Assembly: GCA_964584035.1 (NCBI GenBank)
Contig: CAZOYL010000005.1
Location: 35,670 to 47,622 of the forward strand
DNA: 11,953 bases
Direction: 5' to 3'
DNA from: an uncultured Gemmatimonadota bacterium
Lineage (GTDB): Bacteria > SM23-81
The stretch's first letter is position 1. Every line of letters begins with the position of its first letter. The translations under genes and the position numbers were made by a program. Below the pieces are notes generated by a model. It ran no database searches. It was not told the origin of the DNA and saw only the letters and a program-made list of their open reading frames with translations. Positions 1 through 7,916 of the stretch are shown in pieces.

Positions 1-1169
1 CCGGCGATGATCTCATCCAGCGGCTGCAGGCAATGCTCCCAGCGATAACGATCCTCGACCAGTGTACGAGCATGACCGGCCAGCCGGTCCCGGAGGATCT
101 TGTCCCGCAACAGATCGACCGTTCGCCGGGCAAATGATTCAACGCTGTCGGCCACCACGATATCGCGTCCGGGTTTGGCCCGGATTCCTTCCACCGCCCG
201 GCTGGTGGTCACCACCGGCAGACCGGAGGCCATGGCCTCGAGGATCTTGTTCTGCACCCCGCGGGCGATACGCAGGGGCACCACACACACGGTGGCCCGG
301 TGAAGGTACGGCCTGACATCTGGCACATACCCCTCGACAGATACACCTTCCAGACGGGCCAGCCGGCGGACGGCCGGAGTGGGCCGCCCCCCTACAATCG
401 TGAAGGTTGTCCCGGGCATCTGACGACGGATGAGAGGAAAGATCTCTTTGCAGAAATGGAGCACGCCATCGATATTCGCCTGGTAATCCATGACCCCGAC
501 GAAAACCAGTTCCCGTTCTCCTCCCGATGTTTCCCCGGGGCGATAATACTCCAGATCCACACCATTGGGGACCACGTGCAGCTGACAATCCGGACAGAAA
601 CTCCGGAACAGTCGCTCTTCCGCATTGGAGATCACCAGGCAGGAATCAAATCGAGCGGCCACAGCCTTTTCGTATTGACGCAGCCGGCGTCCCTCACGAG
701 CATAAATCAGAGATCGCGGAAGGCCGGAGTGCTGGGCATACTGGAGCCATTTGTCGGAATCGACATCCGCGAAATCGATGATCCGCCTGGCTCCCCCGAG
801 ATGGGGCGCGAATTGAGCCATGCCGGACGAAAAAACCATCACCAGATCGATGGAGTGACGCCGGCACTGTCGTCCGATCAATCGCCTCAGACCCGGGGAT
901 GCAAAGTACGGAACGGTCAGCGGCTGCCCGGTGAGCAGTCCCGTCAGGCTGCGCCATCGGGATCCGAAGGCCGACCGGCGGACCACCTCCACAGAGCGAC
1001 AGAAGCCGCGCAGGGTCTCGGCCGCCGCCACCTCCTCTTGAGACCAGGCCAGGCAGGCCAGATGGAGATGATGATCCCGGGCCAGATGCCGGACCAGGTG
1101 ATAGGAACGAATCCGATCGCCTTTGTCGGGAGGATAGGGCACCCGATGTGTCAGAAAGAGAATATTCAT
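1..1169 (-). CDS. GT4 glycosyltransferase, PEP-CTERM/exosortase A system-associated (TIGR03087/Stp1-like); 3' end truncated by the window edge
   Basis: Not in the ORF track; translated by hand from the ATG at 1169, which is preceded by GAGGG and lies 6 nt after the epsI stop. Reads MNILFLTHRVPYPPDKGDRIRSYHLVRHLA...DFADVDSDKWLQYA...VPNGVDLEYY...FVGVMDYQANIDGV...PLRIARGVQNKILEAMASGLPVV...RYRWEHCLQPLDEIIA, with no stop found before position 1. The PYPPxKGDxIRS, DVDSDKWxQY and RGVQNKILEAM motifs are typical of this subfamily. Confidence 0.92.
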   Translation of the reverse strand, partial: MNILFLTHRVPYPPDKGDRIRSYHLVRHLARDHHLHLACLAWSQEEVAAAETLRGFCRSVEVVRRSAFGSRWRSLTGLLTGQPLTVPYFASPGLRRLIGRQCRRHSIDLVMVFSSGMAQFAPHLGGARRIIDFADVDSDKWLQYAQHSGLPRSLIYAREGRRLRQYEKAVAARFDSCLVISNAEERLFRSFCPDCQLHVVPNGVDLEYYRPGETSGGERELVFVGVMDYQANIDGVLHFCKEIFPLIRRQMPGTTFTIVGGRPTPAVRRLARLEGVSVEGYVPDVRPYLHRATVCVVPLRIARGVQNKILEAMASGLPVVTTSRAVEGIRAKPGRDIVVADSVESFARRTVDLLRDKILRDRLAGHARTLVEDRYRWEHCLQPLDEIIA

Positions 1170-1175
1170 GAACCC

Positions 1176-1826
1176 TCAATCGCTTGAAAGGGCCTGTTGT
1201 ATATAGGGATAGGTCTGCCGAATGAAGTCCTTCAAGCGCTCCACGGTGCTGGCGGTATCATCCTGCACCGGTGCGGACACCTTGACCAGGGCACCGTCGG
1301 TCCGCCCCCGGGAGATGGCGTCCAGGACCAGGTAAAAACGCTGGGCATACTCGCTGTGGACGATGCGATCGGTCGACTGAAACCAGTATAGGACCACCTG
1401 CCGGGTCCCCTCTCTCTGGAAAAGTATGCGGTTGGCTCGAATGACGGGCCTCGCCGGGTTCTCCAGCGGCACGATTTCGACCCCCTTCTCGACGATCGAC
1501 CAGCCCGCCCCGGGATAGCAATGCTTGGGAGAATGAATTCCCTTACCCTGGCGCTGTTGAAGATAGTACCCGATATAGAGCCAGAGCCAGTTTCCCCGAT
1601 CGTCGCTGTACCGTCTCTGCAGGTAAGCGTCCAGGCCCAGCACGTCCAGGACACGCTGTCCCAGAGGCTGATCCACACCCTGCCAATGGCCGATCCGATG
1701 AGGCACCTCCTGCAGCGCAGCCCCGGCCGACACGGTGCTGCTGCCGGGCCAGAGCAGGTGACGATAGATGATGGCGACCGTCAGCAGGCCGACGGCGAGC
1801 CAGTATCTTTTCCGGAAACCAGCCAA
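1176..1826 (-). CDS. epsI: EpsI-family exosortase-associated protein (N-terminal TM anchor, periplasmic domain)
   Basis: 216 aa. N-terminal hydrophobic segment YWLAVGLLTVAIIY, then IGHWQGVD, YLQRRY, LYIGYY, the signature IHSPKHCYPGAGW, VLYWFQ and RTDGALVKVS. TTG start with GGAGG at 1836-1840. Lies directly downstream of the exosortase. Confidence 0.92.
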   Translation of the reverse strand: MAGFRKRYWLAVGLLTVAIIYRHLLWPGSSTVSAGAALQEVPHRIGHWQGVDQPLGQRVLDVLGLDAYLQRRYSDDRGNWLWLYIGYYLQQRQGKGIHSPKHCYPGAGWSIVEKGVEIVPLENPARPVIRANRILFQREGTRQVVLYWFQSTDRIVHSEYAQRFYLVLDAISRGRTDGALVKVSAPVQDDTASTVERLKDFIRQTYPYIQQALSSD

Positions 1827-2659
1827 CGAAGAATACCTCCGATGATACCCAGGCAGATGATGGCAAAAGCGAAGACCAATAAGCCCGAGAATTGGTGCAG
1901 AAAACCCTGAGCGACATGCTCGCCATACATCGACGCCAGGATGGCCGTGACGGTCAAACGCAGCACGTTGGCGCCAATGGCCACCGGCACGGAAGCGAGA
2001 AACAGCAGCAGGGCAGTTAAAAATGTCCGCTGTGTCAAATAGGCCATGGCGGCGGCCAGAGCTGAGAGAGAGAGAAGCGACCGCAGGCCGCTGCAGGCAT
2101 CGACCACCTGCAGGGTGGTGCTTTCCAGCCGAAGAATGTTGCCCGCCCGGACGATGGGAATGCCCAGCAGAGCGACCACGGAGGTCGTCGCACGGCTGGC
2201 CAGCAGCTCCAGAGGAAAGGAGGCCGAATAATAGACCACATAGGGCAGCGGTATCATGAAGACCAGATAGACCAGGGGGAAGGCCACCAGACCGGCCAGA
2301 CGTTGACCTCCCAGATACAAAACCAGGCCGCCCATGACGACCAACAGGGAGAGGCGCTGGGTGAAGTACTCGGTCGCGATGCTAGCGACGATGAACAGCA
2401 GCAGACCGGACAGGATCAGAACCAGACCGATGCCTGAGGACTCCGGACGCAGGGAACGGATCCGGGCCCGCTGGCGCCAGATCATATAGGCCGAGACCAG
2501 GGGAATGAGAAAGCCATGCGAATAATTCTCATCCACCACCCAGTCATGCCCCAGTTCCGCAATGACCCGGTGATACAGCGCCGCCAGCAAGAGCCCGAGC
2601 GTCAACACCTGTAATAACGGTCTCTCCAGGTACAGGCCGAGTCTGGCCATCCTTTTCAA
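1781..2659 (-). CDS. xrt: Exosortase (EpsH/Xrt family multi-TM protein-sorting transpeptidase), not fused to EpsI
   Basis: 292 aa, very hydrophobic, with N-terminal DENYSHGFLIP and FMIPLP. Putative Cys-Arg-His triad intact: VVDACSGLRS (Cys189, nt 2093-2095), NVLRL (Arg234, nt 1958-1960), FLHQFSG (His255, nt 1895-1897). TTG start 6 nt after GGAGG (2666-2670); an alternative ATG is at 2650. The subtype cannot be fixed without HMMs. Confidence 0.95.
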   Translation of the reverse strand: MKRMARLGLYLERPLLQVLTLGLLLAALYHRVIAELGHDWVVDENYSHGFLIPLVSAYMIWRQRARIRSLRPESSGIGLVLILSGLLLFIVASIATEYFTQRLSLLVVMGGLVLYLGGQRLAGLVAFPLVYLVFMIPLPYVVYYSASFPLELLASRATTSVVALLGIPIVRAGNILRLESTTLQVVDACSGLRSLLSLSALAAAMAYLTQRTFLTALLLFLASVPVAIGANVLRLTVTAILASMYGEHVAQGFLHQFSGLLVFAFAIICLGIIGGILRWLVSGKDTGSPSAC

Positions 2660-2684
2660 AGCTGACCTCCCGTCCGGATGATCA

Positions 2685-3710
2685 TCAGGGAATTCCGCGT
2701 ACCAGTTTCGGGCCCAGCCATTTGGTGATCGGCAGGGGCAGTCTTTGCCAGATGCTTTTAGGCAGATCGAATTTCGGATTGGACGGATTGATGTTGGGTA
2801 TCTCCTTGATGCGATGCAGGTAATACTGATAATAGAGCGGCTGCGGGTTGAATCCCTGATGTCTTTTAAAGCGATACGGACCGGTGTCCTTCCGGCTTCT
2901 GCCGAAATCGAAAAAGCGGTATCCCTGGCGGACTCCGTACTCCATTAATTGCAGATACATGAAATTGTTGGGGTGATAGTGATTGTATTCCGCCAATGAT
3001 CCGGAATAATACGGCAGCACGCTGTCGCGAAAAAGAAACACGAACACGCTGGCGATGGGTCTGCCATCCAGGGTCACGGTCAGAATGGTGGACCGGTCCT
3101 GGAACGCCTCTGCCAGGGCCCGGAACCAGGACTGGGGCAGCACGGGCGAACCCAGCCGGCGCATCTGGATAGCGTTGAGCTGATAGTGACGGTCCAGCTG
3201 GTCCAGGGAGATATCCGCCCGGAGGCCGAATTCCATGCTCTGCCGGGCCGCGGCACGAGCCTTCCTGGGCAGATTCTGCAGGCATTCTTCCGGCGTCTCC
3301 GGCAGGGGCTCGATGAAGGTCGCATACAGGTCGCTGTGGGGCCACTCCGAATCGTCCGACTGGAGGTTTCTGAACTCCACGTAATCGACTCTCAGATCCG
3401 CGGCCATCTGTTCGGCCCGTTGAATCAGAAGGCGGCGAGCCGGATCACTGGACGTGCAGATGCCTCCATATACGGCATATGGATTGGAGACCAGAAATCG
3501 ACCGAAGATCTTACTGCTGACCAGAAAAAGAGGGAGCACGGCCGCCAGGTGCTCATCCTGGAGGACCAGAAGATAGTGGGCCTGATGGCCGAAGATCTTT
3601 TCCACCGCCCGTTTCCAGCCGGTCAGATGGAAGAAAGTGCCGTTCGGCTGCTGGAGCACGAATCGATCCCAGCGCTCGGCGTATTCATCTTCGTATTCTA
3701 CGATCTTCAT
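2685..3710 (-). CDS. FemAB-related protein, PEP-CTERM system-associated (TIGR03019-like; putative aminoacyl transferase of GNAT fold)
   Basis: 341 aa: WDRFV...GTFFHLTGWKRAVEKIFGH, LPLFLVSSKIFGRFLVSNPYAVYGG, LPRKARAAAR, VLPYYSG, PNNFMYLQLM, FDFGRSRKDTG, NPSNPKF...WQRLPL...LGPKL. ATG with upstream GAGG; ends in tandem TGATGA. Confidence 0.9.
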   Translation of the reverse strand: MKIVEYEDEYAERWDRFVLQQPNGTFFHLTGWKRAVEKIFGHQAHYLLVLQDEHLAAVLPLFLVSSKIFGRFLVSNPYAVYGGICTSSDPARRLLIQRAEQMAADLRVDYVEFRNLQSDDSEWPHSDLYATFIEPLPETPEECLQNLPRKARAAARQSMEFGLRADISLDQLDRHYQLNAIQMRRLGSPVLPQSWFRALAEAFQDRSTILTVTLDGRPIASVFVFLFRDSVLPYYSGSLAEYNHYHPNNFMYLQLMEYGVRQGYRFFDFGRSRKDTGPYRFKRHQGFNPQPLYYQYYLHRIKEIPNINPSNPKFDLPKSIWQRLPLPITKWLGPKLVRGIP

Positions 3711-3747
3711 GAAGCCTCACTTCCCCGCGATCGCCCGGATGCCCGGA

Positions 3748-5556
3748 TCATGACGGCGGGATCAAACGAATGGATAGTTCCTGCCGGTCCCAATCGGAAA
3801 TCTCCAGCCCCACCCAACCTTCCTCCCCAGGCTTGCCTCCGGAGAGAACGCGGCCCCGTCCCCCGGTGATCTCCGGCCGGAAAGAACCGTGTCCCAGAAA
3901 TTCCAGCACCAGGGGTTGCTGAGCACCGGACGGCAGGCGCAGGCGCCAGCGATGTTCTCCCTCGGGCTCGCTGGTTTCAGCGTCCAGCTCGATGCCCGAT
4001 CTCCATCGCCACCAGTCCATCAGCTGTCCGCAGGAACACAGCCAGGCCTGCGATCCCCGGGCTCGCTGGAGAGATCGAAGGTAGATGCTCCTGAGGAGGC
4101 CGCCATCGTCACCCTGCGCGAAGCTGGTATTGTGCCAGAGCAGGGTACAGACGCCCCCGAATTGTTCTGCCCGGCCCAAGAGCTCATCGACCGTGGCCCA
4201 CGATGACGCCTCCGTCCCTTCTTCCGGAATGACATTTAAGGCCCCGTCCATGATCACCAGCGGTATCTCCATGATCCTCATGCAGCGATCCTCGGACAGG
4301 TCGAACAGATGATACGGAAAGGAAATCCCGCAACGATACCCGGGGTGATCGCCGAAACCCAGGGTGCTGTCGTAGGCCATACCGATCTCATCATGGCAGC
4401 GAGCGGTTTCGGGAAAGCGGTATCTCAGAAAATGCTGACGAACACCCCTGGGCCAGGATCCGCTGCGGTGCTGGAGCATCTCCCGCTCCCGGGCCAGCTG
4501 GGCCTCATCATCATAGGAGCCGAAGCTGCCGTGGAGCTCCACTTCCCCGCCGGCCTGCCGGATCCGCCGGGCATTGAGGCCGACATCGAACCGGCCGGGA
4601 TATTTTCCCAGAATCTTTCGTCCGGCCCGTCGTGTGTCCGGTGCGCCCGGCAGGAAAAAAAAGGTTGAGACGGCCTGGTGGTCCGATTCCAGATCGAGAA
4701 TCAGCTCGATATTATCGTAGGGATCACGGCCGGCGCGCAGATCCTGCAGCACCGTTTTGAGTCGCCGCCGCCAGTTTCCATCTGCCCATCCCCGGGGCCT
4801 GTCCAGGCGGAACAGATATTTGACCATCCCGCCCGGGGTCCATTTTTTCACCCAGTCTACATCATGAGACAGACACAGTGCCCAACGACGTCCGCCGGGC
4901 CAGCGGGCGGTCCTGAGGCAGGGCGTCCGGCCGGCGCGATACAGCCGGGCAAGCAGAGCATCCAGCAGGGCCACGGTGGCATCGACCACCGGAAACCTGA
5001 GAAAATCCTGACGAAAAGCGAGGCTGGCCGCGGACGAAAAACGTCCCAGCTCATCCCGCATTTCCGGATCGTGCTCCTCCCGGCGGGAAACGAGATAGAA
5101 ACAGGACCACATCAGATCGGCGCTCACCAGGATCCGCCGGCTCTCCTCCTGAAAGACCGCGGCCGGTCCCGGGGCGTCACTGAAATGGATCAGGGGCGTC
5201 CCTGATAGCTTGACATCCTTCCAAAAGAGGACGGGCAAGGGCCGGTCGCCCCAGCGGAGATGACGGATCTCGTCGGGGGCCTCCTCTCCCAGGACTGCCT
5301 GAATGCAGAGTTGCCCCCGGCCACCCTGCCGGCGGCAGTCCCCCGGCAGGTCCCCGTAGTACAGCAGCAGGTCCCCCTGGGAGGCAATCTCACCGGCCTG
5401 ACCGGCCCTGCCGGCCTGACCGGCCCCGCCGGCCTGACCGGCCTCCTCCGCCTCCAGGAACCGGTGCTTCAGGCCCAGGATATCCATGAACATTCCGAAA
5501 ATATAGGTCGCCCGGGCACGGTATGTCTCCGGAACGCCGATCAGGATATCGATCAT
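3748..5556 (-). CDS. Polysaccharide deacetylase family protein (CE4-like NodB-type barrel) with N-terminal DUF7033-like region and C-terminal extension
   Basis: 602 aa. Catalytic-domain motifs LSHDVD, STFFFL, EVELHGS, GVRQHFLR, YDSTLG, GYRCG, EIPLVIMD, LLWHN. The upstream segment DLMWSCFYLVSRREE...DELGRF...FLRFPVVD resembles DUF7033. ATG is 3 nt after the GNAT stop. No signal peptide apparent. Confidence 0.85.
   Translation of the reverse strand: MIDILIGVPETYRARATYIFGMFMDILGLKHRFLEAEEAGQAGGAGQAGRAGQAGEIASQGDLLLYYGDLPGDCRRQGGRGQLCIQAVLGEEAPDEIRHLRWGDRPLPVLFWKDVKLSGTPLIHFSDAPGPAAVFQEESRRILVSADLMWSCFYLVSRREEHDPEMRDELGRFSSAASLAFRQDFLRFPVVDATVALLDALLARLYRAGRTPCLRTARWPGGRRWALCLSHDVDWVKKWTPGGMVKYLFRLDRPRGWADGNWRRRLKTVLQDLRAGRDPYDNIELILDLESDHQAVSTFFFLPGAPDTRRAGRKILGKYPGRFDVGLNARRIRQAGGEVELHGSFGSYDDEAQLAREREMLQHRSGSWPRGVRQHFLRYRFPETARCHDEIGMAYDSTLGFGDHPGYRCGISFPYHLFDLSEDRCMRIMEIPLVIMDGALNVIPEEGTEASSWATVDELLGRAEQFGGVCTLLWHNTSFAQGDDGGLLRSIYLRSLQRARGSQAWLCSCGQLMDWWRWRSGIELDAETSEPEGEHRWRLRLPSGAQQPLVLEFLGHGSFRPEITGGRGRVLSGGKPGEEGWVGLEISDWDRQELSIRLIPPS
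5393..5446. repeat. In-frame 18-bp tandem repeat x3 (identical 15-bp core CCGGCCTGACCGGCC), encoding AGQAG-G/R/E
   Basis: Cores at 5393-5407, 5411-5425 and 5429-5443. The protein reads EAGQAGGAGQAGRAGQAGE. Confidence 0.9.
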
Positions 5557-5559
5557 CTC

Positions 5560-6696
5560 TCAGTACTCCACGCCCTCTCCGAAGGCACCGGTTAAATACC
5601 AGTTCTCGATGCGGTGCCATCGCTGTTGACCTTCATTCCGGGCATCTCGGGGAGAACCGTTTTCGTCGGAAATAACTTTTATCGAAAATTGCTTGGGGCG
5701 ATTCCGGCGATGAAAGTGCTGTTTTTTCAGGACCGGCAGAAGGGGACGGCAGAGAGGATGAGCGGGATTGAGAAACAGAACGGCCATATCGGCCCCCGCT
5801 GCGCCCAGGCGCTGCAGGGTCCCGGTCAACAGGCCGGCGAAGACCTCGGCTCCATCCCCTGCGGATAGAAAATCGACGATGTACCCGATCGACAGTTCCC
5901 CCTCTCTCCTCAGGGTGGATATCATGTACCCCGCCGGGATTCCTCCCTGCGGTCCTTGGGTCAGGATGAGATAGCGCCCGTATGGATTGGTCCCGAAACG
6001 CCAGGCCAAATACTCCGGACTGCGGTTCACGGTAATGCCCAATCGATCCCGAGAGCGTTCCCACAGTTCCTGGAAACGCTCGTCGATACAGCGCTCTTCG
6101 ATGCAGCTCTCGCCGATCAGACCCTGGGCCGTCAGGATCCGTTCGCCGGCGAGCCGATCGGTCAACGGCGCTCCGGCCTCCGCCCGTCCCTGTGCGGGCA
6201 ACTCGCTCGACCGCCTCCAACACCGCCGTAAATAGGCTCGCAGAACCCGCCCCCGCCGCAGAACCCGGATATATCCGTAGAGGCCGCCGATATGAATCCG
6301 GCCGCTCCGTTCCATGATCCGGAAGGACCGCTCGTTGGGAAAACCCCACACCACCGAGATGCCCCTCTGCCGGGCATCCCGGAGGGTCAGTTCGACCAGG
6401 CGAGAGCAGATGCCCCGGCCGCGATACTCCGGATCCACCATGGCGCTCTCGGCCTTGGCACCCTTCAGCGGTTGCCCGAAAGAGCTCATCTCCAGGGGAA
6501 TCAGGGCGTAATGCCCGATCAGCCGCCCCCCTGCCTCGGCCGCCCAGAGCACCGGGCTGCCCCCGGGAGCCCGGGTGAATTCCCAGCGCCACTGGTCCGG
6601 GGTCCGCACCCGGCCATAGGACCGGGCGAACAGATCATTGATCCGGTCACCGTCGGACGGGGTTAATTCTCGGTAGGTTACCTCGTTGGCGTTCAC
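5560..6696 (-). CDS. GNAT-family N-acyltransferase (N-terminal GNAT domain plus a second, probably degenerate GNAT-like domain)
   Basis: 378 aa, GTG start after GGGAG. Acyl-CoA motif A is AMVDPEYRGRGIC, followed by VWGFPNERS. N-terminal RTPDQWRWEF and LIGHYAL. The C-terminal half has RSPEYLAWRF...PYGRY and YIVDFL, as in polysaccharide-locus GNATs. Confidence 0.85.
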   Translation of the reverse strand: MNANEVTYRELTPSDGDRINDLFARSYGRVRTPDQWRWEFTRAPGGSPVLWAAEAGGRLIGHYALIPLEMSSFGQPLKGAKAESAMVDPEYRGRGICSRLVELTLRDARQRGISVVWGFPNERSFRIMERSGRIHIGGLYGYIRVLRRGRVLRAYLRRCWRRSSELPAQGRAEAGAPLTDRLAGERILTAQGLIGESCIEERCIDERFQELWERSRDRLGITVNRSPEYLAWRFGTNPYGRYLILTQGPQGGIPAGYMISTLRREGELSIGYIVDFLSAGDGAEVFAGLLTGTLQRLGAAGADMAVLFLNPAHPLCRPLLPVLKKQHFHRRNRPKQFSIKVISDENGSPRDARNEGQQRWHRIENWYLTGAFGEGVEY

Positions 6697-6719
6697 ACGG
6701 GCGCTCCCATCTGGAAAAA

Positions 6720-7916
6720 CTATCGACCGTTGAGGGTCCTTCGAAAGGTCGCGATGACCCCACCGGCCACCTCATCCCAGGTGTGACGGCGGGCAAAGGC
6801 CGCCAGCTTATCGCCATCCCAATCCTTCTCCAGGGCCGTCACAATCGCATCGCGCAGACCGGCCGCCAGCCGGGAGGGATGAGCATCCTTCAACATAATG
6901 CCGTACTCGGAGGAAATCAGGATCTCGGGCACGCCGCCGACCGGCGTGGCTACCACCGGAAGACCGCAGGCCAGGGCCTCGAAGATGACGTTGGGCCAGC
7001 CCTCCGAGGAACTGGCCAGGCAGAACAGATCGCAGGCCCGATACCAGCGGTAGATCTGTTCGTGAGGCACCCGGCCGGCCAGGATGACATGAGCGTCAAG
7101 GTCGAGACGGGAGATCTCCCGCTCCAGCCGGCCGCGATGGTGTCCATACCCGACGATGACCAGAGAAACATCCCGGCCCGCCTTCGAAGAACGGATCTCC
7201 CCGAGGGCCTGGAGAAGATATTCGAAATTCTTCGAGGGCCGCAGGCTGCCGACCGACAGGATCATACGGCCGGTCCGGGGCAATCCCAGCTCGGATCGGG
7301 CCTGCTCTCTGGAGATCTCCGGAAACCTGGAGACGTCCACGCCGTTGGGCACCACATCGATCTTGTCGGGGCGCACACCGGCCGCGACCATGGTCGTCTT
7401 GAGGGCTCCGGAGACGGCGATGATACGATCGCAGCGCCGCAGGGCATAAAGGATCCAGGCCCGGATGAGGGGCAGCTTCATGAACAGATTCACATCGGTT
7501 CCCCGGGCCGACAGAACGACCGGCCGTCTCAACGCCCGGGCCAGCAGCACCGCTGCCAGCCCATCGGGATAGAGATAATGGGCATCGAGCAGATCGAAGC
7601 AGTAGCGGCGATGCAATTTCTTGATGAAGTGATACAGCGAAAAAAAGTACAGCAGTCCATAGAGAACCATTCCGATTCGCGGTATGGTGACATATCGGGG
7701 ATGATACACCGGCAGATCGTCGATCCGCTCCCGGGGATGCACCCGGGTAAACTGATGCCAGCGGTGATAACATCGAATCGGCGGAAAATACGGCACCGGA
7801 GCCACCACGGCGAGTCGATGGTGCTTGGCCACGTGGCGGAGCCGTTCCTTGATGAAAACGCCGCGCACCGGATTCATGTGATTGGGAAACAGGCTGGTCA
7901 GGGATAATATCTTCAT
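6720..7916 (-). CDS. GT4 glycosyltransferase (TuaC/WlbH-like)
   Basis: The likely start is the ATG at 7916 (MKILSLTSLFPN...GVFIKERL), overlapping the asnB stop as ATGA and giving 398 aa; the track start at 8048 is less likely. Motifs: VVAPVPYFP, DAHYLYPDG, ARGTDVN, VPNGVD and the EX7E motif EGWPNVIFEALACGLPVVAT. Confidence 0.92.
   Translation of the reverse strand: MKILSLTSLFPNHMNPVRGVFIKERLRHVAKHHRLAVVAPVPYFPPIRCYHRWHQFTRVHPRERIDDLPVYHPRYVTIPRIGMVLYGLLYFFSLYHFIKKLHRRYCFDLLDAHYLYPDGLAAVLLARALRRPVVLSARGTDVNLFMKLPLIRAWILYALRRCDRIIAVSGALKTTMVAAGVRPDKIDVVPNGVDVSRFPEISREQARSELGLPRTGRMILSVGSLRPSKNFEYLLQALGEIRSSKAGRDVSLVIVGYGHHRGRLEREISRLDLDAHVILAGRVPHEQIYRWYRACDLFCLASSSEGWPNVIFEALACGLPVVATPVGGVPEILISSEYGIMLKDAHPSRLAAGLRDAIVTALEKDWDGDKLAAFARRHTWDEVAGGVIATFRRTLNGR

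Noticed and set aside
300..1187. 295-aa plus-strand ORF
   Set aside because: Antisense shadow of the real minus-strand GT4 (1-1169); no recognisable motifs. Such ORFs are expected in GC-rich DNA.
1806..1816. Possible programmed -1 frameshift fusing exosortase to EpsI
   Set aside because: The sequence C GGA AAA is not a canonical X XXY YYZ slippery heptamer, and epsI has its own RBS and start.
3733..3748. GCCCGGAT x2 direct repeat after the deacetylase stop, and the GATGATCATC palindrome at 2677-2686
   Set aside because: Too short, with no stem plus U-tract; not supportable as terminators or operators.
4655..4662. A8 homopolymer as a phase-variation tract
   Set aside because: It encodes the FFF of the STFFFL strand expected in this family, and the frame is intact.
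5393..5446. Short repeats as a CRISPR array
   Set aside because: The units are tandem, without spacers, and lie within a coding frame; no cas genes are present.
5633..6592. 319-aa alternative-frame minus-strand ORF (likewise 7096-7773, 10701-11369, 11399-11755)
   Set aside because: Arg/Pro/Gly-rich off-frame translations lying on top of genuine CDSs.
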